Assembly (NCBI GenBank): GCA_964035545.1 | Contig: OZ037765.1 | Coordinates: 26,721,504 to 26,785,503 of the forward strand | From: Bugula neritina | Lineage: Eukaryota > Animalia > Bryozoa | Direction of reading: 5' to 3' | DNA length: 64,000 nucleotides | In this document: piece after piece, positions 13,069 through 24,252 of the stretch | Layout of the letters: every line of letters begins with the position of its first letter | Position numbering within the stretch: position 1 is the first letter of the stretch | Made by a program: the position numbers and the translations under genes | The notes under the pieces: model-generated | Database searches by the model: none | What the model was told of the DNA's origin: nothing | The model's input: the letters and a program-made list of their open reading frames with translations, nothing else

Positions 13069-15399
13069 TTATTAACTTACATACTTAGTCCAGCACTTTT
13101 GCATTAGCCATACAGGTTTATTATTCTGTTATTTATATTTGGCCAGAATCTAAAAATTGATATCAAAATAACAGCTGATGTAAACCATCAGCTATATCAA
13201 ATAATGGGAAGACAGCTGCTACGTTAGATAAACAGTGTTACAGTATTTGATAGTTCAATAATGGTGCTGAAATATAATATATTTATATAAAATTTTAGTT
13301 ATTAAATATATACATAAGTGTTAATTTCCTCACTCAATAAATAGCCAGCCAAAGTTCTGTCAGAGTGTTGAAAACTTAGGGTGCCAATTTTGATAAATCA
13401 TTTAAATATATTCATTGTATTGTATATTGATTAATTACCTTGAAATTCTTAGTTACATAATAAATTATGTTGTAATATGTTACATGATTAGTTGATATAT
13501 TATACAATTCATATTCTTCACTGTATTTTTAAAATGGAAGCTCAACTTTTGAAAGAATTTTTACAACAAAATATTTTGTTTATTATATAAAAATATTAGG
13601 CTTTATAAGTTTTTTCCTTATAGTGAAAAGACTAACATAATTTGTGGTGGAATCTTTTAATGTAAGTACGGGCAGGTTGATTATAAAAGTACATCAATTA
13701 CACACAGAATTGGTAGATGGGCTAAACTTAGCTGGGCGACATAGGAAGCAAAGAGCAACCAATCAAATACATAATAGACTGCAGTATACAAGATATTTAC
13801 TAAAATACTGTTAGAACATTACATTACATAAAGAATGAAATTTCATAATCGAATTAAATATAATTTAATAACCAAACGATATAATTGGTGAGCCTAATCG
13901 TTCTGGCACAGCTAAAATGGCTCATGGCTGTTGTATTTTTTGAAACTGTTAAAAAAGTGGAAAAGTAATTAAAAACAGACTCTTATCTATACACTGTCGA
14001 ATAATAGTAGTAGTAGTAGTTACTGCTTTGGGCTTATCACAACTTGAAAAAGAAGTTATTGATTACACATGAATATTACTGTTCAATATGTGCATTATGC
14101 TAATGCTGCATTGTTATTATTGTGTACTTTTAAGTACCATAACATATAGATAAAGTGTATTAGGGGTTATTGAAATAAAATCTAAAAATAGTTACAAACT
14201 AAAATAAATTACCATCATGCTTTTAATAATTAGTTTATTTTTGACAAAATATTGTGGTAAATATCAGATTTACCCCCCTTGACACATTACTTATGGCTAT
14301 TTTCCTAAATACTGTAATTATAGCTAAGTCTGTGGCGTAACTTTCTAATACTAGCTTTAAATACTATGGCTATTGTTAAGCTATTAGCATAGTAAATAGT
14401 TAATCCCTTTTCCCCAATTATAAGTTACAATAGCATACACATGGTTGGGTTCATTTTTGCTCATTCGCGTAAACCGACAGTTGGATGCCGACAGACCGAT
14501 GCCGGCGTCCCCTGCCAAACATCTCCCCCTCCGCTGTCGGTAGAAGGTTCTAGAAGTCCTTTGTTCTGCTAGTATTTTTTAGACTGGATACATCACTACC
14601 ACAATAAAAAACAACTGTACGCATATTCAACACCCTCTCTTGTCTCTTCTATAACAAAGAGTTATGTTCTCTGCCTGATTTCATTCAGTAACCCACAAAC
14701 TATTACAATTTATATTACGCAGTTGATGCAGAACTTGTTTTGAATGTTTGAAATACATATGTAGCAGATGTTGTGGTTGGTAAAAACACTTGCAACAGAT
14801 AACTAAAGTTTCCGTGCCAAAGAATTGTTATTACTGGTAACTCTAAAAAGTAATTGTTACTATTGATTAGATGCCAGCTGAATAATTTTTGCTAAAATTT
14901 TTGATAATTATAATTTGTTTAATAATATAATAAATGTTTTGCCGGTAATAGTTATAGAAATAAAGCAATTATCCAAAACACTGAATGGCTACTTTTCTCA
15001 GTATGATGATTGTTTATTGTAATATGTTGTTGAAATAGAATATTATTGAATAGAACATATAATTAACTAGAGCAATATAACTTAAATTTCATGACACATG
15101 TATCTAACCTATGAATAATATGACATTTATAAAATAAGACTATAGAGTTAATTACTAAATGTTGGCAAAAAACTGTTTTAAATGGTAAAAGTAGCAATTG
15201 ATTTAAATTACTTGTCATAAAATCTGGTTTGTTGTGACACTAAATATTTTGCATTTTTAAAATTGGTTTTGCGTTTCAGGTGCAAATATTGGAATTCCTA
15301 CATTGAAGTAAACTCATCCTTCAGAGAGTTTTATACTGTAGCTTTACGGGTGCAATAAAAGCATATATAAAGGTGAAAATCTGAAAAGGATTATATATA

Positions 15400-15826
15400 T
15401 ATGGGTAATTTTACCTAATTTAGTACGCATTGGAAATCTCCAGTTTTTAGCTATTTTTCACAATTTAGCTGCTAATGTATATGAACTTTTGCCCAAAATT
15501 AGTAATATATCAATAAATACACCTAAATAATCAAGGTTACTCTTAATTTTGCTTGATTTGCCATGATTTTCCTATTTATTTAGCCAGTTTGAATTGCTGA
15601 CTGTTACGGAAAAAACCATAACCATCTGCAATTGAAAGTAGCTGAATAACTAGGAAAAAGCATGGGGAATCAAGCAAAATAAAAAAGAATTTTGATTATT
15701 CATGTGTATTTATTGATATTCTATTAGTTTTGGGCAAAAACCCATGTTCATTAGCAGCTAAATTGTAAAAAATAGCTAAAAACTGAAAATTCCCAGTGTG
15801 TACTAAGTTAAGTAAAATGACCCATA
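15400..15826. mobile_element. Foldback MITE (~430 bp, palindromic over its whole length) inserted at a TA site in the 3' region of ZF unit 1
   Basis: TATGGGTAATTTTACCTAATTTAGTAC... mirrors ...GTACTAAGTTAAGTAAAATGACCCATA around a centre near 15612. The empty site GGATTATATGAAG is visible in unit 8 near 50610. Confidence 0.85.
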
Positions 15827-15967
15827 TGAAGTTACAACATCAAAGTGATGAGATTATGTGATTCTAGCCCAAAGACAGCAAATAAAAAAATTCTGCTGTG
15901 TTTGTTGTTAAGTCCACTGTAGAAGATCATCTGTCTGTAAATGTACATCATCAGCAATTCAGGTTTC

Positions 15968-18602
15968 TCAGTTGTGTTTTTTCATATGAATAACAAGTTG
16001 CCCTCTCCGAGCAGCCTTGTAGTCACATAGATTACAGTGGAATGGTTTCTTTCCAGTGTGTTTTATCATGTGTCTAACAAGATAACTTTTATATCCAGTT
16101 TTATAGCCACATACACTGCACTCATATGGTCTTTCTCCAGTGTGGTTCCTCATATGCTTAGTAACATTACCTTGCTGTGCTGACTTGTAGTCACATTGAT
16201 CACATTGAAAAGGTTTTTCTCCAGTATGAATTCTCATGTGTTCGGTGAGATGACTTCTTCGAACAGAAGCATGACCACAAAATTTGCATACAAAAGGTCT
16301 CTCTCTGGTGTGTCTTCTTATATGCTGGGTAAGATTATTTTTACGCTCAGTTAGGTAGTCACATAGATGGCATTGAAATTTTTTCTTTTCAATGTGCAAT
16401 TTTCTATGTTTAGCAAGTCTAACCTGTCTTGTAGATTCACCTTTACAAGTAGTATGTAAAAGTTTCTTCTGGTTGCAGTTTGCTTTTACTGGAATCACTA
16501 GATCTTCTTTCTGGTCAAACACATCTCCAGGTATGTTAGTAGTTACATGCATATTTTCAATAGTAGGATTTTCTGTAATTCCGTCTGAGTTGTATTCATG
16601 TGCTCCTTTACACAATGCAGCAGTATTATCAAATGTGTTTCTGTTATCAAATTCTGGGTGAATTCTTTCTGTGAAATATAAAACAATTAAAACACATAAA
16701 GTTTTCACTAATCAGTTTTAGGTTCTACTCTAGGTTATTTATTTTTGTCATGCAAACTTATTCTCTCAGTTGAAAACGACAACTCATGTATTCTAATACA
16801 TCGGCTAATAGAGCTAAGAAATATTCTCTCAGTTGAAAAAGATAACACATGCATCTTAATCTATTGCTTCTGTGCATCTGTTAATGATACAAAAAAAATC
16901 ATATTTCAGGATATTTTGCTCAATCAGAAGTTGTTAATTCTATAGTGAAAGATATTTTGTATTCTCACTAAAGCCAACTTTAAACGCAAATAATTGCAAG
17001 TATAATTATGTAATATTGTCAACTATTTTTTCAAATGATAGAAAAATAAGTTGATTAAAACATAAATTAGCAAGTAAACTTCTCTCAATTTAGTCAACTG
17101 CTTGCTCAACCTCATTGAACTTCAATTTGAAAAGAATACAATTGGTCTAAAAAACATGCTCATTATGATACACCTCTAATATTATAGTTTTGAAAGAATT
17201 TCTTGTACATCTTCCTAAATATACTCACCAGTTGAGTGAGTATATCTAAGAATATGTAGCAACCACAAATGTCAGCCATTTTTAGAAATGTCCAATCTTT
17301 CTATACGGCATTGCTTTACGCCAGGATCAAGCACTGCTTGATTAGAAAAAGATGAGATGGACACCTATTAGACAAGAAGACAATATAGTATCAATTCATT
17401 TGATATAAATGTCCAATTGGGTGCCATAGATCATACACAATAGCACGCTTTAAGAATTTTATCCCGGACACAATACAAATGGCTGAAATTTTATATTACA
17501 GCACACTTTTGGTTGCATACCAGTAGCCTCAAATGTCAGCAATTTTTAGAACGTCCCGGCTAAAGTTCTCCGAATGTGCAATTGCATGGGTAAGAGTGTT
17601 GACACTTCATTAGACATTTATATCCAATGAGTTGACACCAACGTTTCCGTGTGCAATAGGAGTCAGAGCAAACTTTTTAATAAAGCATTGTTTTATCCTG
17701 GAATACCGTGATGTAGTACTGACATTTGATGGTACCTCGTCTGGGGGGTAACAGTAATTCCACAATACAAAGTTAAAATAGCTTGTAAAATGTTAGCCTC
17801 AACTGAGATTCAAACCTGAGACCTGCTGCTTGCAAGTGGGTACACTAACCATTACACTTTAGTGACTTCGGGTATTCTAAACAACAACATATTCTTAGAT
17901 ATACTCACCAGTTGAATTGAAATCTGTTGTAACATTCAGTCCTAAAACTGTAAAAGCCTGAGAGATAACTTCAGACAGAGGAACATCAGGTTCTTCTGGT
18001 AGATTGTTGTCATATACTGAAGCTTCTGTGTTAACGGAGTTATGAATGTTTGTATGATCATTAGTGGGAAATGAAGTGACTGAGTTTACAGGATTCATAT
18101 TTTGATTTGGAATACAATTCTCAAAGAAACCATTCTCTAAGTATGAGTTTGAGACTGTAGTTGACATGTCAAGAAGAGGTTGAGTGTCTAATACTACTGG
18201 ATGATGTTTATACTGGGACACAAAGTTTCTATTGATAAAAGTAGGCTCCAGTTCAATACTGCATTGATCTCTAAAATATGGTTCCTGTCTGTGTGGATTA
18301 GGTATTTGAAAAGTCCCCTGTGTTACCATAACTGAAAAAAGATGTAAAAAACAAGGCAAACTGACATCTACATAAAACAAATTGTTTTGAATTGTCTTTA
18401 GTACATTTCCACTTTGAATATCGACAAATGAAAAAGCATTATAAAAAAAAATATTACAAACTTACGTTGGCATTAATTAAAACCTTCTTTTTTAAATGTT
18501 TCCCTTTAAGTTCATGAAAATTAACATTCACATAGCCTACAAAGAACTTTTTTATTTTCACATATATTGTATACTGTACTTACATTGGTTGCCCACAGAC
18601 AT
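15968..18602 (-). CDS. C2H2 zinc-finger gene, unit 1 (5 fingers). Exons 18602-18584, 18331-17909, 16668-15968
   Basis: ATG exon with GTAAGT donor; 423-nt phase-1 exon; terminal exon with Cx2Cx12Hx3H repeats and TGEKP linkers; open frame. Confidence 0.88.
17229..17915 (-). mobile_element. Intronic element bounded by 21-bp inverted repeats and 7-bp direct repeats, with a degenerate tRNA-like segment (17795-17866); its left end is the exon-2 splice donor. Homologues near 21900-22539, 27543-28182, 33190-33531, 42436-43083 and 61380-61721; degenerate in units 5, 7 and 8
   Basis: On the minus strand: TCAACTG|GTGAGTATATCTAAGAATATG ... CATATTCTTAGATATACTCAC|TCAACTG|GTGAGTATAT. Internal AAATGTCAGCCATTTT motifs occur in both orientations. 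Confidence 0.6.
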
Positions 18603-20520
18603 GATTGATAAACTAAACCTAGCTATAGAACAGACAGGAAAGAGAAGGCAATAAATAAATTTAAAATATAAGAAGTTTGAGTTTCACTATAAAACCGTCA
18701 GATATAAACTTTGCAGGAAAGTGCTCTCAAATGAATCTACTCTGATCACCAAAGCAATATAATCTGTTAGCTATACATTCAGCTGTTCAGCTACAGTTAG
18801 CTATTGTATTTTATAAAGGAGATTTGACAATGGTGAAGTAAAAGAGAACAGGTCTGTGGCTAAACCAATTAATTTAAACAAAAATCCAGCCATTTTAACA
18901 AAAATTCGCCTGAATTCAGTAGACTTAGTTCTGTAGGAGAACAAAAATATTTATAAATAATGTTGAAATATTATAGTATATGCACTCAACTGCACATAGA
19001 AATATAGAAGTTTAATCAGTTTCACATAGAAGTGTTACATTATATATAACAATTTTATGAAAACTTTAAACAAGAAGCAGCCATTTTAACAAAAATTCAT
19101 CTGGATTTAGGATTCTATATAGGAGGACAAAGGTATTTATAAATGATGTTGAAATATGCACTCAATTGCACATTTGAATCCAACTACATAATATATCTGC
19201 AGTTACAGCACACAAGTTATTTCTCCCTTGTATTATATGTCCAATACTATTTGGTTGAGATGACATGGTATCTGAAGTAAGAGTATTAATTTGATTTTGA
19301 ACAATGTGTCACCAGTTTCACTTAGAAGCATTACACTATACAACAGTTTTGTATTCATGAAGAATTCTAAGATTCCTCGCATCATACAGTTAGCTCTGAT
19401 TAGAGCTACTCCTGATGAATTATTTAAATAATATAATATTAATTGCATTGCATATTGATTTACCTTGAAACTTTTAGTTACAAAATATATAACGTTATAT
19501 AATTCAAAATGCTTAGTTGATATACTATATACTTTATATATTCATTTTAGTTTGAAACTGCAGCTCGACTTTTAGAAGAATTTTTAAAATTGGATAGAAA
19601 TATTTTGACATTATTCACCCTATAGTTGCACAATAACTATTTCCCTTATAGCAAAACAAATTATAATTTGTGGTAAAATTTATCAGTGTAAGTACAGGCA
19701 GGTACGGTGTATTATAAATGTACAGGTATTGATAACACAGACCTGATAGACCATGGACTAAACTTAACTGGAAGACACAGAAAGTAAAAGCACCCAATGA
19801 AACACATAATATAGACAACATACTATTTTGACTAAAATACGGTCAATACTCATGGTAGGTTACATAATAAATAAAATAATTGAATGAAATATAGTATTTA
19901 ATGATCAAACAATATAATTTATTAGCTCATATGTTCTGGCACAGCTATATATACAATGGTTCATAGCTGTTGTACTTTTAAAGTTGTTTAAGAAGTGGGA
20001 GAATATAGCTATAAACAGACTTTAATCTGTACACTATTGAATAATATTAGTGTTGCTTTTTTATATTTATCATACCGTTTTTCAAGTTGAGATATATTAT
20101 CATAACTTGAAAAAGAGGTTATTGATTAATTGACCTTGTAAAGTACATTATATTATTATATTTGAATTTTGCTTTTATATATTCAAGCTATTGTTGCATT
20201 TTTATTATTGTCAACTGCAAATATAAATTTATATATGATAGCAGACTAATTGGGTTACCAAAATTATGTAATTTTTAAATTGGCTTTGTGTTTTAGATGC
20301 AAATATAGTTGAATTCCTATATTGGAGTGAATTTATCCTTCATAAAACTTTATTCAGTGGCTTTAGTTCTGCAGGTACAATTAAAACATATGTAAGAACT
20401 AGCAATATCAAAGAGTAGAAGTATGCCATTACAGCCTCAAAGACAGCAAACAAAATAATTCCTTCTGTGTCTGTGCTGAAATCTGCCTGTAAATGTCTGC
20501 TTTTAAACATCATCAGCAAT

Positions 20521-23205
20521 TCAAGTTTCTTGGTTATGCTTTTTCATGTGAATAACAAGTTGCCCTCTTTGAGCAGCCTTGTAGTCACATAGTTTACATT
20601 GGAATGGTTTCTCTCCTGTGTGTGTCCTCATATGTTTCGTGAGAGTACTTTGCTGTGCTGACTTGTAGTCACATTGATTACATTGAAATGGTTTTTCTCC
20701 AGTATGAGTTCTCATGTGTTTGATTAAATAATTTCTACGAGCAAAAGCATAACCACAGACTTTACATTCAAATGGTTTCTCTCCAGAGTGTATTCTCATG
20801 TGCAGAATAAGATGACCTTTATATCCAGTTTTATAGTCACAAACGCTGCACTCATATGGTCTTTCTCCAGTGTGTTTCCTCATATGCTTAGTAACATTAC
20901 CTTGTTGTTCTGACTTGTAGTCACATTGATCACATTGGAATGGTTTCTCTCCAGTATGGATTCTCATGTGTGCGATGAGATTATTTTTCCAAATGAAAGC
21001 CTGACTGCAAACTTTGCAAACAAAAGGTCTCTCTTTTGTGTGTCTTCTCATATGATGGACAAGACTATTTTTACGTTCAGTAAGATAATTACATAAATAG
21101 CATTGAAACCTTTTCTTCTCAGTGTGTAATTTTCTATGTTTAGCAAGTCTAACCTGTCTTGTAGATTCATCTTTACAATTAGTATGTAAAAGTTTCTTCT
21201 GGTTGCAGCTTGCTTTTGCTGGGATCACTAGATCTTCTTTCTGATCAAACACATCTCCAGGTATGTTAGTAGTTACATGCACATTTTTACTATAAGTGTG
21301 ATTTTCTGTAATTTTGTCTGAGTTGTATTCATGTGCTCCTTTACACAATGCAGCAATATTATCAAATGTGTTTCCATTATCAAATTCTGGGTGAATCATT
21401 TCTGTAAAATATAAAACAATTAGGACACCTAAAGTTTTGACTAAATAGTTTTTAGGTTCTACTCTAGGCTATTCATTTTTGTCATGCAAACTTATTCTCT
21501 CAGTTGAAAACGACGACACATGTATCCTAATCTATTGCTCCTGTGCATCTGTTAATGAAAGAAAAAAAAACATATTTCAGGATATTTTGCTCAATCAGAA
21601 GTTGTTAATTCTATAGTGAATGATATTTTATGTTCTCACCAAAACCAACTTGAAACGCCAATAATTGCAAGTATAGTTTTGTAATATTATCGACTATTTC
21701 TTTGAATGATAGGAAAATAAGTTGATTGAAATATAAATTAGCAAGTAAACTTCCCTCAATTTAATCAACTGCTTGCTCAACCTCATTGAACTTCAATTTG
21801 AAAAGAATACAAAACGCCTAAGAAACATGCTCATTATGATACACCTCTAATATTATAGTTTTGAAAGAATTTCTTGTACATCTTCTTAAATATACTCACC
21901 AGTTGAGTGAGTATATCTAAGAATATGTAGCAACCACAAATTTCAGCCATTTTTAGAAATGTCTGATCTTTCTGTACGGCATTGCTTTCCACCAGGATCA
22001 AGCACTGCTTGATTAGAAAAAGATGAGATGGACACTTATTAGACAGGAAGACAATATAGTATCAATTCATTTGATATAAATGTCCAATGAAATTTTATAT
22101 TTATGTTTTCAATTTTATATTACGGCACACTTTTGGTTGCATACCAGTAGCCTCAAATGTCAGCCATTTTTAGAACGTCCCGGCTAAAGTTCTCCGAATG
22201 CGCTATTGCATGGGTAAGAGTGTTGACACCTCATTAGACATTTATATCCAATGAGTTGACACCAACGTTTCCCTGTGAAGTAGAAGTCAGAGCAATTTTT
22301 TTAATAAAGCAGTGCTTTATCCTGGAATAACGTGATGTAGTACTGACATTTGATGGTGCCTCTTCTGGGGGGTAACAGTAATTCCACAATACAAAGCTAA
22401 AATAGCTTGTAAAATGTTAGCCCCAACTGATATTCAAGCCTGAGACTTGCTGCTTGCAAGTGGGTACACTAACCATTACGCTATAGTGACTTCAGGGATT
22501 CCAAACAACAACGTATTTTTAGATATACTCACCAGTTGAATTGAAATCTGTTGTAACATTCAGTCCTAAAACTGTAAAAGCCTCAGAGATAACTTCAGAC
22601 AGAGGAACATCAGGTTCTTTTGGTAGATTGTTGTCATATACTGAAGTTTCTGCGTTAACAGAATTATGAATGTTTGTATGATCATTAGTGAGAAATGAAG
22701 TGACTGAATTTACAGGATTCATATTTTGATTTGGAATATAATTCTCAAAGAAACCATTCTCCAAGTATGAGTCTGAGACTGTAGTTGACATGTCAAGAAG
22801 AGGTTGAGTGTCTGATACTACTGGATGATGTTTATACTGTGACACAAAGTTTCTATTGATAAAAGTAGGCTCCAGTTCAATACTACATTGATCTCTAAAA
22901 TATGGTTCCTGTCTGTGTTGATTAGGTATTTGAAAAGTCCCATGTGTTATCATAACTGCAAAGATATATAAAAATAACGCAAATTGACATCTACCTTACA
23001 AATATTATTTTTAATTGTCTTGCCTTTTCCATGTCCCATATTGACAGTTGAAGAAGCATTATAATAAAACGTACTACAAACCTACACTGCCATTTAAAAA
23101 TTTGTTGTTAAAATTTTGGTTTTTTCATAGCAACTAATCACGTATATACTGAGAATGTTCTTGTTTTTACACGTTTCTATACTTACATTGATCACCCACA
23201 GACAT
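20521..23205 (-). CDS. C2H2 zinc-finger gene, unit 2 (7 fingers). Exons 23205-23187, 22955-22533, 21401-20521
   Basis: Same three-exon structure as unit 1 with an intact frame. Confidence 0.88.
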
Positions 23206-23707
23206 GGTGTATAAACTAAACCTAGCTAAATAACACTAAAAAAAGGAAATAGATAATGTTAGAACAAAATATGTTTGAGTTTCACTATAAAACTGACAGA
23301 TATACACTTTGCAGAAAAATGTTCTAAAATAAATCTACTCTGATCACCAAAGCAATATAATCTGCTAGCTATATATTCAGTTGTTCAGCTACAGTTAGCT
23401 ATTGTACCTTATAAAGGAGACTTGACAATGGTGAAGTAAAGGAAAACAAGCCTGTGGTTAAACTTTTATTACTCAATTGTTTTGTAATTTTGTTTTAAAA
23501 AAGCTATAACTTCTATAATATATAGATATACATCAATAGCTAAAACAATTTAGGTGTAATATTATTTCTATAAACTAATATTGAATTTAAGTGAGTCTAA
23601 ATTTACAGCTTTAGATCAAGCACAATAATTCAAAGCTACATTGACAAGCAAGTTTTCTTCCTTTCATATAAATTATGTTTATGTATTTATAACAACTAAT
23701 AAATTTC

Positions 23708-24252
23708 GGTGTCATCCCACATAAACACTTCCCAGTTAGACGATAAGCTAACTTTCCCACTTGGACGTTTCCCACATGAACAATTCCAAGTTAGGCGCTA
23801 ATTATTTATATTGCTATACAATATATATTTTACGTGCTATTTATTACATTATTATTTAAATATATGTATACTCAAATAAAGCACCTAAATAATTTTTTTT
23901 GGGTCTGCTTTAACATATTAATTTTACATATTTTTTGCTTCTTGTTTGAACAAATATTTTGTTTATGAGTATTCAATAATTAAAGATAATGTTTATTGTT
24001 AATCTATTATTGTTTTTGTCCCACACAAATCTGTGAAAATCTGAGTGTTATTTCAGATGATCCATGCTGTTAGTTATTATAGCTAATAGCATTTTAGCTA
24101 TTTAGCAACCAATGCAACAGTTATATAGGTACACATATATAAGTATATTACTGTATAATTATACATCATCGAAATAAAAAATAGCGTCTAACTGGGAATC
24201 GTTCATGTGGGAAATTTAGCTTAACTGGGAAGCGTCTATTTGGGATGAAACC
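23708..24252. mobile_element. ~540-bp MITE with GG...CC termini and sub-repeated TIRs (TTCCCAGTTAG/TTCCCACATG); further copies at 34709-35248, 38281-38806 and 57211-57752
   Basis: GGTGTCATCCCACATAAACACTTCCCAGTTAG mirrors TTAACTGGGAAGCGTCTATTTGGGATGAAACC. The flanks share a possible degenerate TSD (nnCATTTC). The element is absent at the homologous position upstream of unit 3 (~29340-29450). Confidence 0.75.

Noticed and set aside
17795-17866. Functional tRNA-Ala(TGC) genes in the introns
   Set aside because: The acceptor and anticodon stems do not pair and the B box is mostly GGTTTGAATC, so these are treated as TE-derived tRNA-like sequence.
17895-18380. Exon-2 ORFs as stand-alone single-exon genes
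   Set aside because: ORF-track starts and ends run into introns. Conserved AG/GT sites give in-frame joins to the start exon and finger exon, and the internal ATG is lost in units 3 and 6.
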